Assembly (NCBI GenBank): GCA_964612665.1
Contig: CAZTCI010000001.1
Span: forward strand, 898-64,897
Length of the DNA: 64,000 bases
Source of the DNA: an uncultured Planctomycetales bacterium
GTDB taxonomy: Bacteria > Omnitrophota > Gorgyraeia > Zapsychrales > JAHFFX01
Direction of reading: 5' to 3'
Part shown: positions 1 to 9,283 of the stretch, in pieces
Numbering within the stretch: the stretch's first letter is position 1
Layout: each line of letters starts with the position of its first letter
Notes under the pieces: generated by a model
Databases searched by the model: none
What the model saw: the letters and a program-made list of their open reading frames with translations, nothing else
Told to the model about the DNA's origin: nothing
Position numbers and translations under genes: made by a program

Positions 1-931
1 CGTTTGCTGCAAAAGTGGTGGTACCGATGCCAATGTTATCGCCAGTCGCCGTCACATACACATTCGTCCCACTATCGGTCCATCCGCCAGCGTTAATGCC
101 GTTGATATTGGTACCGTTACCGTAAATGGAACCATCAACTTCCAAATCGCCCTCAACATACAATTCTCCCGCCGAATTTGCGTTATTATCGGTGCCGGCT
201 CCAGTCCAAATTTTTACAGCGTTATTTCGGATATCGAGACCACCTGCGGGAAGAGTTGAACCAATCCCGACGTTGCCGTTATCCAGCATGGTAACTAATG
301 GGTTATTGGATGAATCTTGGCTTTGGAAGGTCATGCCAGTCGTTGTGCCATTGCCTTTAATTGTAAATTTTGCCGCTGGCGTCGTAAGGCCGACACCAAC
401 ATTGTCGGTCGTGGTTGAGATATAAACATTTGTCCCGCCATCCGTCCAGCCACCGGCCGCCGCGATTCCTGACAAACCAGTTCCATCGCCAGAAAAGGCA
501 GCGCCATAAATTGTTCCATCCACTTCCAAATCGCCTTCGACATAAAGTTCGCCTGCGGATGTGGCATTGTTATCAACGCCTACGCCGGTCCAAATTTTTA
601 CGGCGCCTCCACGAACATCCAGTTTGGCCTGGGCCGAAGCTGTTCCGACGCCGATATTTCCATCAACAATCAAGCCTTCGGTATCGGTACATTCAGCCCC
701 AGAGGCATCCACCCGCAAACAGCCTTTGGTTGTAATGTTTCCTTGGGAATCAACATGCATTTCTTCGACATTACCGGAATTTTGAACAGAGAGTGCGCTG
801 GAACCATCGTTAGAATCTAAAACAGCTTGAATATCAGCGGCTAAGAGATTGGCAGGAAAAACGAGAAGGAATAAAAACGGCAAAAGGGCAAAAAGAAAAA
901 GGCATGCGTTTGGGATGCTATGCCTTTTCAT
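1..931 (-). CDS. Secreted repeat protein, N-terminal 310 aa only; the gene runs off the left edge of the window
   Basis: A minus-strand ORF with no stop inside the window, which is why it is absent from the ORF track. Its ATG is the reverse complement of 929-931. Translation starts MKRHSIPNACLFLFALLPFLFLLVFPANLLAA (signal peptide) and continues into roughly 120-aa tandem repeats (GELYVEGDLEVDG.IYG...GGWTD.GTNVY...G.GTT.PAAK). The DNA shows the same ~367 bp periodicity (59-88 versus 426-455). The plus-strand ORFs listed here (126..425, 415..735, 561..785) are antisense artefacts. Confidence 0.6.
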   Translation of the reverse strand, partial: MKRHSIPNACLFLFALLPFLFLLVFPANLLAADIQAVLDSNDGSSALSVQNSGNVEEMHVDSQGNITTKGCLRVDASGAECTDTEGLIVDGNIGVGTASAQAKLDVRGGAVKIWTGVGVDNNATSAGELYVEGDLEVDGTIYGAAFSGDGTGLSGIAAAGGWTDGGTNVYISTTTDNVGVGLTTPAAKFTIKGNGTTTGMTFQSQDSSNNPLVTMLDNGNVGIGSTLPAGGLDIRNNAVKIWTGAGTDNNANSAGELYVEGDLEVDGSIYGNGTNINGINAGGWTDSGTNVYVTATGDNIGIGTTTFAAN

Positions 932-1264
932 TTTTTGCAATAACGTCATTATTTTTTAATTTATTTTATAAAAATAACGATGGCTTTAGTTTAGAAAGTT
1001 ACGAAATCTTGGGTGAAAATCTAAATATATAATAATTAAATAAAAGTACTTGTATATATATTTTGGATTTATTTTGGGCAGAAAAACGACAAAATTACGT
1101 CGGGAAGCAAAGAAATTGGCAGGAATTGGGTCAATAGAATCGAAATTCTTTTTAATTATAAGAAATTAAAGAAATTAGAATCTAACGTTAAGATTAGCTA
1201 AGGAATTTTTTACCGAAAGGAATAGCATAAAATTGTAAATTGAAATTCGGTTAATAAGAAAAGC

Positions 1265-2554
1265 TTATTTTTTAATAAAACACTGATTATTCTGGCAAGC
1301 GCGGCTGAAGTGCAGAAGGTAACGGTTTTTGGCGACCCAGCGGTAAACCATGGGACCCAAAAGTCCTGAGGCAGGAAAATAAAAAAGCGGCGTTAGCAAA
1401 AACATCATGGGCATTTTAAAGCACAGCGGTCTAAAGACAAAAAATCCGCCGCGCAAGTGGCCGTCCGGTTCGATTAAATGGATTTGACTGGCTACGATTT
1501 GCGGCGTTAATTGCGGGTGGAGTTCGCTTAAATTAGAATACTGATTGTAATCGACATACTTGAGCGTTTTAAACATATCCATGACCTGAAGTATTTGAAC
1601 ACTCCTGCGGCAAAAACCGCAGCCGCCGTCATAAACGAGAATACTTTGCGCGCAGGCGGCAGAAATATTTTGCTTCCTCTCCACCCACGCGATGATTTTT
1701 TTCGGATCGATAAATAATAAAAGCTGCGCCGGGAATAAAAAGAAAAATATCGCCGGCACATCCAGCGTTAAAATTAAAAGCAGATGAAAGAAAAATCCTA
1801 AAACAATCGCACTCCGACGGGTGCGCGGCCAAAATAAAAGGATTGGAAACAAAATTTCCGTCATGACAATCATGACGCCCACCACATAGCAAAAGTGCGG
1901 ATGCGTTGCCATCCAATCTTTAAGCAAAAACGTTTTGGTCACACCCTCATAGGGATAATTCACTAAATAATAAATGGGATTGTCTCTTAACCAATTGCCT
2001 TGCGGCGGCGTTATTTTGTATAAGCCCGTGTATAAAAATGTAAACGCCACCTGCATTTGCAAAAGACGCTGTAAAAAATACGGCCGCGGCCGTTTATAAG
2101 CGTCCGGGTCACCTCTTAAAAGACAATCAACCGAAAAATAATCGCTGGGGTAAGGTGTTACACACATTAAAAAAAGCGTAACAAGCAGAATGTCCCACGA
2201 CAATGTGCCGACCTGAAAGCTATTGAGCGCGTAAAAATAATAACAACCTAAAAGCATCAGAATTGCGTTTAACTGAGTCCACAATCCAATTAAAAATAAA
2301 AACCAGACGACAAAAAAGAAAAATGCAAAAAATAAAACCAGCCCATCCGGACTGCGCTGGACCAATTCAATGATAGAGGCGGTAAAAAAATTAAAGTTGT
2401 AAGTCTTAAAGGCGGTTGAAAAATAATTTTCATGCAGATGGCACAACGTTGGAATGACATGCGCTCCGACGGTAATGGCCATCGCCAGACGGAAAAAAGC
2501 CAGGCTGATTGAAGGACGTTCTTCGAGAAAAAGACGGTGCCAGAGTTTGTTCAT
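1265..2554 (-). CDS. HTTM-domain (vitamin K-dependent gamma-carboxylase-like) membrane protein fused to a DCC-family thiol-disulfide oxidoreductase (DUF393)
   Basis: The N-terminus is polytopic membrane sequence of HTTM type. The C-terminus carries YDGGCGFCRRSVQ, the C-x-x-C signature of the DUF393/DCC family. Confidence 0.55.
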   Translation of the reverse strand: MNKLWHRLFLEERPSISLAFFRLAMAITVGAHVIPTLCHLHENYFSTAFKTYNFNFFTASIIELVQRSPDGLVLFFAFFFFVVWFLFLIGLWTQLNAILMLLGCYYFYALNSFQVGTLSWDILLVTLFLMCVTPYPSDYFSVDCLLRGDPDAYKRPRPYFLQRLLQMQVAFTFLYTGLYKITPPQGNWLRDNPIYYLVNYPYEGVTKTFLLKDWMATHPHFCYVVGVMIVMTEILFPILLFWPRTRRSAIVLGFFFHLLLILTLDVPAIFFFLFPAQLLLFIDPKKIIAWVERKQNISAACAQSILVYDGGCGFCRRSVQILQVMDMFKTLKYVDYNQYSNLSELHPQLTPQIVASQIHLIEPDGHLRGGFFVFRPLCFKMPMMFLLTPLFYFPASGLLGPMVYRWVAKNRYLLHFSRACQNNQCFIKK

Positions 2555-2567
2555 AGCTCACTCGAGT

Positions 2568-2607
2568 TACGTAGGATGTGGGACGTGCTCACGTCCGACG
2601 TCCTACG
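2568..2607. terminator. GC-rich hairpin (18 bp stem, GCTC loop) ending one nucleotide before the stop of the 2608..3084 gene
   Basis: acgtaggatgtgggacgt-gctc-acgtccgacgtcctacgt. No clear U-tract follows. Confidence 0.35.
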
Positions 2608-3084
2608 TTAAAAGCATTGATAGACGACTTGCTGTGTATGCTCCATCGGCGTTTTCACAACATTCGGATAACGTACTAATATGACTACAAAATTATCGTA
2701 GTATGGAAATTTCATTTTAAGATAACGGCAAAACGGTCTTTGATTCATTTCCATAATAACCGTGCTCATAATATTGCGGTGAATATTGTCAAACCCAATC
2801 GTGCGTGTGCGGAAAATCACATGCGGTTCAATTTCTTGCGGCACATATTGATTTGGATTTTGCGGTAAACTTTTAAGGCCATACACTTGAGTGCGGCTGA
2901 ATTGTTCGTCGACGTTAAAAAACATGATCCATCCGGCGGGGGGAAAAAGGAATTTGAATTTGGGAAGATCGTGTTTGAAAAAGGATTCCAGGTAAAATGT
3001 GCGGGTGGATTCGTAATGAAACAAAATTGTCCAACAAATTACAAATAGTGTGATTAAAATATTTCGTGTTTTGACGGTTATCAT
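2608..3084 (-). CDS. Hypothetical small membrane-anchored protein
   Basis: The start is placed at MITVKTRNILITLFVICWTILFH. The longer 2608..3336 version would overlap the upstream gene by 200 bp in another frame. A hydrophobic N-terminal segment is present. Confidence 0.4.
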   Translation of the reverse strand: MITVKTRNILITLFVICWTILFHYESTRTFYLESFFKHDLPKFKFLFPPAGWIMFFNVDEQFSRTQVYGLKSLPQNPNQYVPQEIEPHVIFRTRTIGFDNIHRNIMSTVIMEMNQRPFCRYLKMKFPYYDNFVVILVRYPNVVKTPMEHTQQVVYQCF

Positions 3085-3097
3085 AACGACACGCGGT

Positions 3098-3120
3098 AGG
3101 GGCGGGGTTTCCCCGCCCCT
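3098..3120. terminator. Perfect GC palindrome aggggcgggg-ttt-ccccgcccct between the Memo-AMMECR1 gene and the next gene
   Basis: 10 bp perfect stem, 11 nt after the stop codon at 3131. It could be a terminator or a protein-binding site. Confidence 0.4.
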
Positions 3121-3130
3121 ACGTTGGGGA

Positions 3131-4624
3131 TTATTGAAATTCGGATTCCGAAAACACCTCTGCCGTAAACACATATATCTCCGTCCGCGGATCACGCCAG
3201 CAATCCGGTGACAGACCGGCTTTTTGCGAACACAATTGCGATAAAAATTCGTCGCGGCTCCAGTTGGTTTCGGTGGCGACCTGCGGCAAGAAAACGCCGC
3301 GCTTGTTCCCCTGTCCAAGAATAACGCCATGCACACCCATTTGAATCTTATTCACATCATTAATCCGTTGTGGCACGGATAAAACGGAAATCTCAACGGT
3401 AAGCCCAGCCAGCTCTTCTTTTTTCACCGGCTCAAAACGCGGGTCTTGCGTCGCCGCGGCAATCGCCATGTCACGGACGGTTAAATACAGCGGCTGTCCG
3501 CTGAGGATATTGCCAATACAACCGCGGAGTTTGCCGTGATCAGTCAAAGTCACAAAGGCCCCTTCTGTGTTTTGCAACTTGGGGTCGGATTCATTAACCT
3601 CAAGCGTTTTTCCTTTTTGTAAATACATTTGAATGGTGCCGCGCGCCAATTGAAGCAAACGTTTTTTTTGTTCTGGGCTGAAAGTAGACGGCGAAATTTC
3701 TTGCGCGGCTTTTTGAGCGGCTGGTTTTGTTTCAGTGCGGCTGAAAACAATCGATGAATATCCGACGACGCGGTCATTGTCTCCACTCACCATTCCTGAG
3801 TGGGCGTATTTTAAAATTTCGACATCATTTAATCCCTGACTTTGTGCGTATAAAAGCCCGGTGATAACCGACGTAAACCCGCACAACTCCATCTCACCGA
3901 TCAAACAGCCCTGCCATAATTTTTGTGGATCCATATTTTTAATTGTCTGCAAGGTCCGGCCGTCCATGAGTTCAGCGACGGGCGCTTTATGATAATGGGA
4001 CATGTCTGTGCTGATCGCAAGCAAAATGTCGTTGCGCTCGCCGATGATTTTTTTAAGCTGGGCGGCCAGATTCTGGCATACTTTATAGTCTGGCCGCCCC
4101 ATCAGGATCGGCACAATTTTGAAATGATGAAATGTCGTTTGCAAAAACGGCATTTGAACTTCGAGTGAATGTTCGCGTTCAAAAACAGCGCGGTTAAAAT
4201 TGAGCTGCGGATCGGTGTCCATTAAGGCTTTGGCTAATTTCTCATCGATGGCAATTGTCCCAAGCGGTGTTTTAAAATTTCCCTGCGCCCAAATCGAGGC
4301 GCCTTCAAAATCAAAAAAATGGCTCGGACCAATCATAATGATCGTTGAATATTGGCCGGATGAAGCGGCCTTATAACTATTCGCGGCAACCGGACCTGAA
4401 TAAATGTAACCGGCATGCGGCGCAATCAGCATCGCAATCTTTTTGGAAGAAGGCGGTTTGGCGGCTTGAAAAAAAGCGGCAAGCAGTTTCGATAATTCCT
4501 GAGAGTCAGCGGGATAAAATTGCCCGGAGACGTTAGGCTCTTTGACGTTGGAATTGGAATCAGCAAAAAGACGCGGGCTCATTATTAGAAGGAAAACAAA
4601 GACAGCCAAAAATATCTTTTTCAT
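3131..4624 (-). CDS. Fusion of MEMO1-like (AmmeMemoRadiSam system protein B) and AMMECR1 domains, with an N-terminal signal peptide
   Basis: Signal peptide MKKIFLAVFVFLLIMSPRLFA. Memo-type motifs: LIAPHAGYIYSG, MIGPSHF, TDMSHYH. The C-terminal AMMECR1 motif is GAFVTLTDHGKLRGCIGN...QDPRF. Confidence 0.7.
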   Translation of the reverse strand: MKKIFLAVFVFLLIMSPRLFADSNSNVKEPNVSGQFYPADSQELSKLLAAFFQAAKPPSSKKIAMLIAPHAGYIYSGPVAANSYKAASSGQYSTIIMIGPSHFFDFEGASIWAQGNFKTPLGTIAIDEKLAKALMDTDPQLNFNRAVFEREHSLEVQMPFLQTTFHHFKIVPILMGRPDYKVCQNLAAQLKKIIGERNDILLAISTDMSHYHKAPVAELMDGRTLQTIKNMDPQKLWQGCLIGEMELCGFTSVITGLLYAQSQGLNDVEILKYAHSGMVSGDNDRVVGYSSIVFSRTETKPAAQKAAQEISPSTFSPEQKKRLLQLARGTIQMYLQKGKTLEVNESDPKLQNTEGAFVTLTDHGKLRGCIGNILSGQPLYLTVRDMAIAAATQDPRFEPVKKEELAGLTVEISVLSVPQRINDVNKIQMGVHGVILGQGNKRGVFLPQVATETNWSRDEFLSQLCSQKAGLSPDCWRDPRTEIYVFTAEVFSESEFQ

Positions 4625-5079
4625 GAATGTGTCTCAAAATATTCATCAACACTCAAAGACTTTGTCTGTTTAATATTAAGTATTAAAAGCGTGACAATGA
4701 TTGCCGAAAGACTATCCATGATTAGAATAACCGGCAACGGAACCGAAATAAATTCACCAAAACACCCGCACTTATCAATGGGCAACCCTCTCACCAGCGC
4801 TTGCCCGACGACAAAAATAAACATTCCGAACATAACAAGAATGCCGCGCAGCGTCCACTCCGTTGAAAGCCCTAAGACCGCGAAAACCCCGCAAACAAAT
4901 TCAACCCATGGCAACGTCCGGGCCACAATAGCCGACCAAGTCAATGACGTGAGCTGATAACTTTCAATCACATACTGAAAATTTTGATAGGGACTTAAAA
5001 GTTTTTCTATGCCAGAGATAACGAAGATGAGGCCGATGAGGATGCGCAGGATGACGAATAAATTAACTGGAGATTTCAT
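4621..5079 (-). CDS. MauE/DoxX-family membrane protein
   Basis: About 150 aa with four predicted TM helices and a KCGCFGEF motif typical of MauE-like proteins. Its stop overlaps the start of the upstream gene. Confidence 0.45.
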   Translation of the reverse strand: MKSPVNLFVILRILIGLIFVISGIEKLLSPYQNFQYVIESYQLTSLTWSAIVARTLPWVEFVCGVFAVLGLSTEWTLRGILVMFGMFIFVVGQALVRGLPIDKCGCFGEFISVPLPVILIMDSLSAIIVTLLILNIKQTKSLSVDEYFETHS

Positions 5080-5214
5080 TGAGCTTCCTGTAATGGTCGT
5101 TCGGCGTTCGTTAGTTCGTGTAATTCGTTTTTTAATATGAAATTTTGCGAAAGCTCTCAGGGACCGATAATTTCTAAAAGAACGCTACAACGAACGACGA
5201 ATGACGAACGACGA

Positions 5215-5865
5215 TCAAGGACTACTCTTCACCCGCCCCATCGCGTTCATCAATTCCTGCTCTAGCGCATTTATTCCGACGACCATTTTATCATTTACAA
5301 AAAAAGTGGGCGTTGACTGAACGCCTTTGGCAACACCTTCCTGCTTGTCTTTAAGAATGACATCCCCAACCTCTGCATTCCCCAGACACACATTCAGTTT
5401 ATTCATATCCAGCCCGGCTGTTTTCGCGATGTCTTCAAAAATAGTGTCGGGATTGATCATTTCCCGCCATTGCTCCTGCTTCTCAAATAATAACTCGTGC
5501 ATGGGCCAGAATTTTCCCTGACGGGCCGAACATTCCGCATAACGTGCGGCGCGGATGGCATGAATATGAAATTTGTCTAAAGGATAATATTTGATTTGAA
5601 GATAAATTTTGTCGCTATTGCTTTTCAACGTTTCTTTAAGCATAGCCGCGGCTTTGGCGCAGGCAGGGCATTGATAATCCATAAACTCGACGATCTTGAT
5701 GTTGGCCTGAGGATTGCCTGTGGCACGGGCGGGAATAGATTGGCCGGGACCCATTGGATGATTTTTAAAAAATTTAACGACATAAATAGCAACGAAACAG
5801 ACGAGAACAACAATCATTACAGCGAATTTTTTATCAGGCTTTTTGGGCGGCAGATTTTTGGGCAT
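5215..5865 (-). CDS. DsbA-like thioredoxin-fold thiol:disulfide oxidoreductase, membrane-anchored
   Basis: An N-terminal TM helix, then YQCPACAKA (C-P-x-C active site). Confidence 0.65.
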   Translation of the reverse strand: MPKNLPPKKPDKKFAVMIVVLVCFVAIYVVKFFKNHPMGPGQSIPARATGNPQANIKIVEFMDYQCPACAKAAAMLKETLKSNSDKIYLQIKYYPLDKFHIHAIRAARYAECSARQGKFWPMHELLFEKQEQWREMINPDTIFEDIAKTAGLDMNKLNVCLGNAEVGDVILKDKQEGVAKGVQSTPTFFVNDKMVVGINALEQELMNAMGRVKSSP

Positions 5866-5979
5866 GGCATCTCCTTTTGAAATTACAATTGGGCTATTCT
5901 AGCATAAAAGGATTTGATGTAAACATAGAGCTGGAGAAAATTCGCCCATCAACTTCCGCAAATTAAGGTTCTGAGTTAT

Positions 5980-7650
5980 TTATAGTTGAGGACCGGCGGC
6001 AACCAGGGCTTGGCCTTTAGGGGTGTCGGTAAAATGTTTAAAATTTTCAATAAACATCCCGGCCAATTTTTTGAGGGTTACGTCATAGGCGTCTTTATCC
6101 TTCCAAAGTTTACGTGGATTTAAAGTCGCCGCATCAACCCCGGGAAGAATTTTAGGGATACTCAAATTAAAAACCGGCAGGATTTCAAATTCTGATTGCT
6201 CAAGCGCTCCGCTGAAAATCGCGTCAATCGCGGCGCGGTTGTCCTTAAGAGGAATACGGCGGCCAACGCCATACGCTCCACCGATCCAGCCAGTATTAAT
6301 CAAATACACTTGAGATTTATGTTGATCCATTTTTGCGCCGAGAATTTCTGCATAACTCGTCGGATGGAGCAGTAAAAACGCTTTGCCGAAACACGCCGAA
6401 AAAGTGGCTTGCGGTTCTTTTATCCCGCGTTCGGTACCAGCAACTTTCGCCGTATAGCCGCTTAAATAATGATACATCGCCTGATCGCGATTTAATTTCG
6501 CAACCGGCGGTAAAATGCCATACGCGTCGCAGGTTAAAAATATAATCGTTTTGGGATGCCCTCCTTTTGAAACCGGCGTTACAATATTTTGAATATGATA
6601 AAGCGGGTAAGATACGCGGGTGTTTTCGGTTTTTTGAGCTGAGTTAAAATCGATCCGGCCGTCAGCGTTCACATCAACATTTTCTAAAAGCGCATCCCGG
6701 CGGATAGCTTGGTAAATATCCGGCTCTCTTTCCGAAGACAAATTAATGCACTTGGCATAGCATCCGCCTTCCAAATTGAAAACGCCTTCATTGTCCCAGC
6801 CGTGCTCATCGTCGCCGATTAATTTCCGTTTGGGATCCGTCGAGAGCGTTGTCTTGCCGGTTCCAGACAAACCAAAGAACAAAGCCGTGTCTCCGTTATT
6901 GTCCATATTCGCTGAGCAATGAAACGAACCAATGCCCTGTAAAGGCAAAAAATAATTCATGACCGAAAAAATTCCTTTTTTAATTTCACCTCCATACCAC
7001 GTGCCACCGATGACCGTCATCCGTTCCTTCATATGAAACGCAATAAAAGTTTCTGAATGCAGACCATACTTTTCATAATCACTGCAAACCGCTTTGCAGG
7101 CATTTAAGATGGTCCAATCCGGTTTAAAATCTTTTAATTCATCCGCGGTTGGACGGATAAACATATTTTTAAAAAAATGCGCCATCCAAGCGACTTCCGT
7201 CACCAAACGGACCGCCAGCCGCGTGGCTGGATTCGCCCCGCAGAAACCATCCATCACATAAAGTTTTTTACCGGTCAGCTGATTGACCGCAATTGATTTA
7301 AGGTGCGCCCAGGTTTCGGTTGAAATCGGCTTGTTATCCGAACCGTCCGGATGCCCGCTCGCCCACCAAATATTTTTTTCAGCACTTGGTTCTTTAACAA
7401 TATATTTATCTTTAGGAGAACGTCCGGTAAAGTGCCCCGTATCCACACAAACCGCGCCCAGTTGGGAAATCACCCCGCGTTCAAAACTATTCAGTGACGG
7501 CATTGTTTCATGACTAAACAATTCTAAATATGAAATGTTGTAATAGATCTGCGCAGGACTTTTGATCCCCAGTGTGGTTAAATCCGGATTGGCCACCTTC
7601 ACTCTCCCTTCTCGTCGGTACTCCTTTAATAGTTTCAGCGTAAGAGACAT
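5980..7650 (-). CDS. pckA: Phosphoenolpyruvate carboxykinase (ATP)
   Basis: NISYLELF...[29 protein letters not shown] and [11 protein letters not shown] match PckA. The start is chosen at MSLTL, with a GAGGAG Shine-Dalgarno (SD) 8 nt upstream. Confidence 0.9.
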   Translation of the reverse strand: MSLTLKLLKEYRREGRVKVANPDLTTLGIKSPAQIYYNISYLELFSHETMPSLNSFERGVISQLGAVCVDTGHFTGRSPKDKYIVKEPSAEKNIWWASGHPDGSDNKPISTETWAHLKSIAVNQLTGKKLYVMDGFCGANPATRLAVRLVTEVAWMAHFFKNMFIRPTADELKDFKPDWTILNACKAVCSDYEKYGLHSETFIAFHMKERMTVIGGTWYGGEIKKGIFSVMNYFLPLQGIGSFHCSANMDNNGDTALFFGLSGTGKTTLSTDPKRKLIGDDEHGWDNEGVFNLEGGCYAKCINLSSEREPDIYQAIRRDALLENVDVNADGRIDFNSAQKTENTRVSYPLYHIQNIVTPVSKGGHPKTIIFLTCDAYGILPPVAKLNRDQAMYHYLSGYTAKVAGTERGIKEPQATFSACFGKAFLLLHPTSYAEILGAKMDQHKSQVYLINTGWIGGAYGVGRRIPLKDNRAAIDAIFSGALEQSEFEILPVFNLSIPKILPGVDAATLNPRKLWKDKDAYDVTLKKLAGMFIENFKHFTDTPKGQALVAAGPQL

Positions 7651-8048
7651 ATAATTTCTCCTCAAGCTGATCAGCACTTCGATCGAAGCTTCTTAATTAA
7701 CTGAGGCATCGGAGAGTTTTCACGCCGGGTCTCACCCTGAGCGGAGCCCAAGGAACACGAGGGGCGGAGTCGAAGGGCGAACCCTCCGATGAGAAAAACT
7801 CCCCAAGGACTCAATCAACTTAATTTTCTAGGACAGATTACGATGGACTGAAAGCATTATCGAAAGTCCAGGTTTTTATATCACATTTTATGGACCGTTT
7901 AAACGCCAAATCAAAATATCTGAGGTATTGTCATTTTCATGGTTCAGCTGCATTCGCATGATGACATAAAAACCCCACGCGAAGAGAGACAAAATTTTCT
8001 CATCACTTCTTGATCTCATGAATTTTATTATGCCCCATTCACATGGCG

Positions 8049-8423
8049 TTAAACTTTATTTTCGGCAAGACTGGAAATCATGGGTAGGAGTTCTTCGTAG
8101 AGTTCGCTTTTACCTATATACGCTTCGATATCATCACTTTTGAAGATTTCCCGGAACGCTTCGGTTTCAAACATTGTCAAGATGATGATTTTGCTTTCCG
8201 GGAGATTCTGTTTTATCCGTCGGGCCGCTTCGATGCCATTCATTTCTGGCAAACGGATATCCATCAGAACAATATCCGGTTTTTCACGCAGGGCTTTTAG
8301 GATCGATAACTCTCCAGAAGAAGCTTCAAAGATTTTAAAGTCAGGACTGCTTTCTTCTAAATAACGGTGCAGTGTTGTGCGGAATTCGTCGTGGTCGTCC
8401 GTAATGAGGATTTTTATGGACAT
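8049..8423 (-). CDS. Stand-alone response-regulator receiver domain (CheY-like)
   Basis: ILITDDHDEF...DIVLMDIRLPEMNGIEAARRIK. Confidence 0.75.
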   Translation of the reverse strand: MSIKILITDDHDEFRTTLHRYLEESSPDFKIFEASSGELSILKALREKPDIVLMDIRLPEMNGIEAARRIKQNLPESKIIILTMFETEAFREIFKSDDIEAYIGKSELYEELLPMISSLAENKV

Positions 8424-8602
8424 TGTGACCTCCGTGGTTTTGGAATTTGGCAGGATTTTGAATGAAGCTCCAGGAAAAAGTATAAAACTTTATAAAAAAA
8501 TTAAAATGCGCAATGTTACTAGAAAGATTAGGTAGAATTACTGACTGGTTTATTAATGAATAACCTCATCGCCCAAAAAAACCGGGGTTAATTCGGCCCT
8601 TC

Positions 8603-8631
8603 TACCCCGCCTGAAAGCCTTTAAGGCGGGG
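8603..8631 (-). terminator. Intrinsic terminator hairpin after the NarL-type regulator gene
   Basis: accccgcc-tgaaagcctttaa-ggcggggt. A U7 tract follows further downstream on the minus strand. Confidence 0.5.
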
Positions 8632-8642
8632 TAATGTCCTCA

Positions 8643-9281
8643 TTAAACAAGGCCTTTAGACACCGCATATCTAACAATATTCGCGGTGCTTTTTATGCCA
8701 AGTTTATCCATGAGATGAAAACGATGGCTTTCAACAGTGCGGACGCTGATTTTTAATTTAGTGGCGATGTTTTTGTTGGGCAGACCTTGAGCAATGAGTT
8801 TTAAAACCTGAGTCTCGCGATGGGTCAAGATCTCAAGGGAAGGTGTTTCAACTTCATCGACCGAACGGATAAACCGCTCCGTCACCAAACCGCTCATCGA
8901 CGGAGAAACAAACCGCTGGCCTTTGGCGACCAAACGAATCGCCAAAACCAGCTGTTCATAAGCATCATCTTTAAGTATATATCCCAAAGCCCCCGCGGAC
9001 ATGGCGTGTTTAAAATGTTCCTGATCTTTTTGCATGGTTAACATGAGGATATTGATCTGCGGAAATTTATTTTTGATTTCCTTAAGCGCCGCCAGTCCGC
9101 TTAAATTGGGCATCGAAATATCCAAAACTACAACATCACATTTAACTGTCTTCAATTTTTCAAGAAGGATCGTCCCATCTTTAGCCTCAGCCACGATCTT
9201 TAAATCAGGCTCTTTGTTAATGAGACTTTTTAAGCCGTCTCTAAAAATAGTGTGGTCATCAGCTAATATAACGCGGTACAT
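8643..9281 (-). CDS. NarL/FixJ-family response regulator (receiver plus LuxR-type HTH)
   Basis: VILADDH...VVVLDISMPNLSG and a C-terminal LTHRETQVLKLIAQGLPNKNIATKLKISVRTVESHR. Confidence 0.85.
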   Translation of the reverse strand: MYRVILADDHTIFRDGLKSLINKEPDLKIVAEAKDGTILLEKLKTVKCDVVVLDISMPNLSGLAALKEIKNKFPQINILMLTMQKDQEHFKHAMSAGALGYILKDDAYEQLVLAIRLVAKGQRFVSPSMSGLVTERFIRSVDEVETPSLEILTHRETQVLKLIAQGLPNKNIATKLKISVRTVESHRFHLMDKLGIKSTANIVRYAVSKGLV

Positions 9282-9283
9282 TT

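Noticed and set aside
126-785. Plus-strand ORFs 126..425, 415..735 and 561..785, and minus-strand ORF 331..576, in the repeat region
   Set aside because: They lie antisense or out of frame to a long edge-running minus-strand ORF that has a signal peptide and coherent repeats. Their translations are low-complexity Pro/Arg-rich sequence typical of antisense reading.
2608-3336. The 242-aa version of the ORF starting at 3336
   Set aside because: It would overlap the Memo-AMMECR1 gene by 200 bp in another frame and would read through a perfect GC palindrome. The internal start at 3084 gives a sensible membrane protein.
7678-7810. Possible ZTP (pfl) riboswitch upstream of pckA
   Set aside because: A GGGUGAGACCCGGCG string resembles the ZTP P1 region. 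However, the order of elements and the associated gene (pckA rather than purine or folate genes) do not fit. It is kept only as a generic structured leader.
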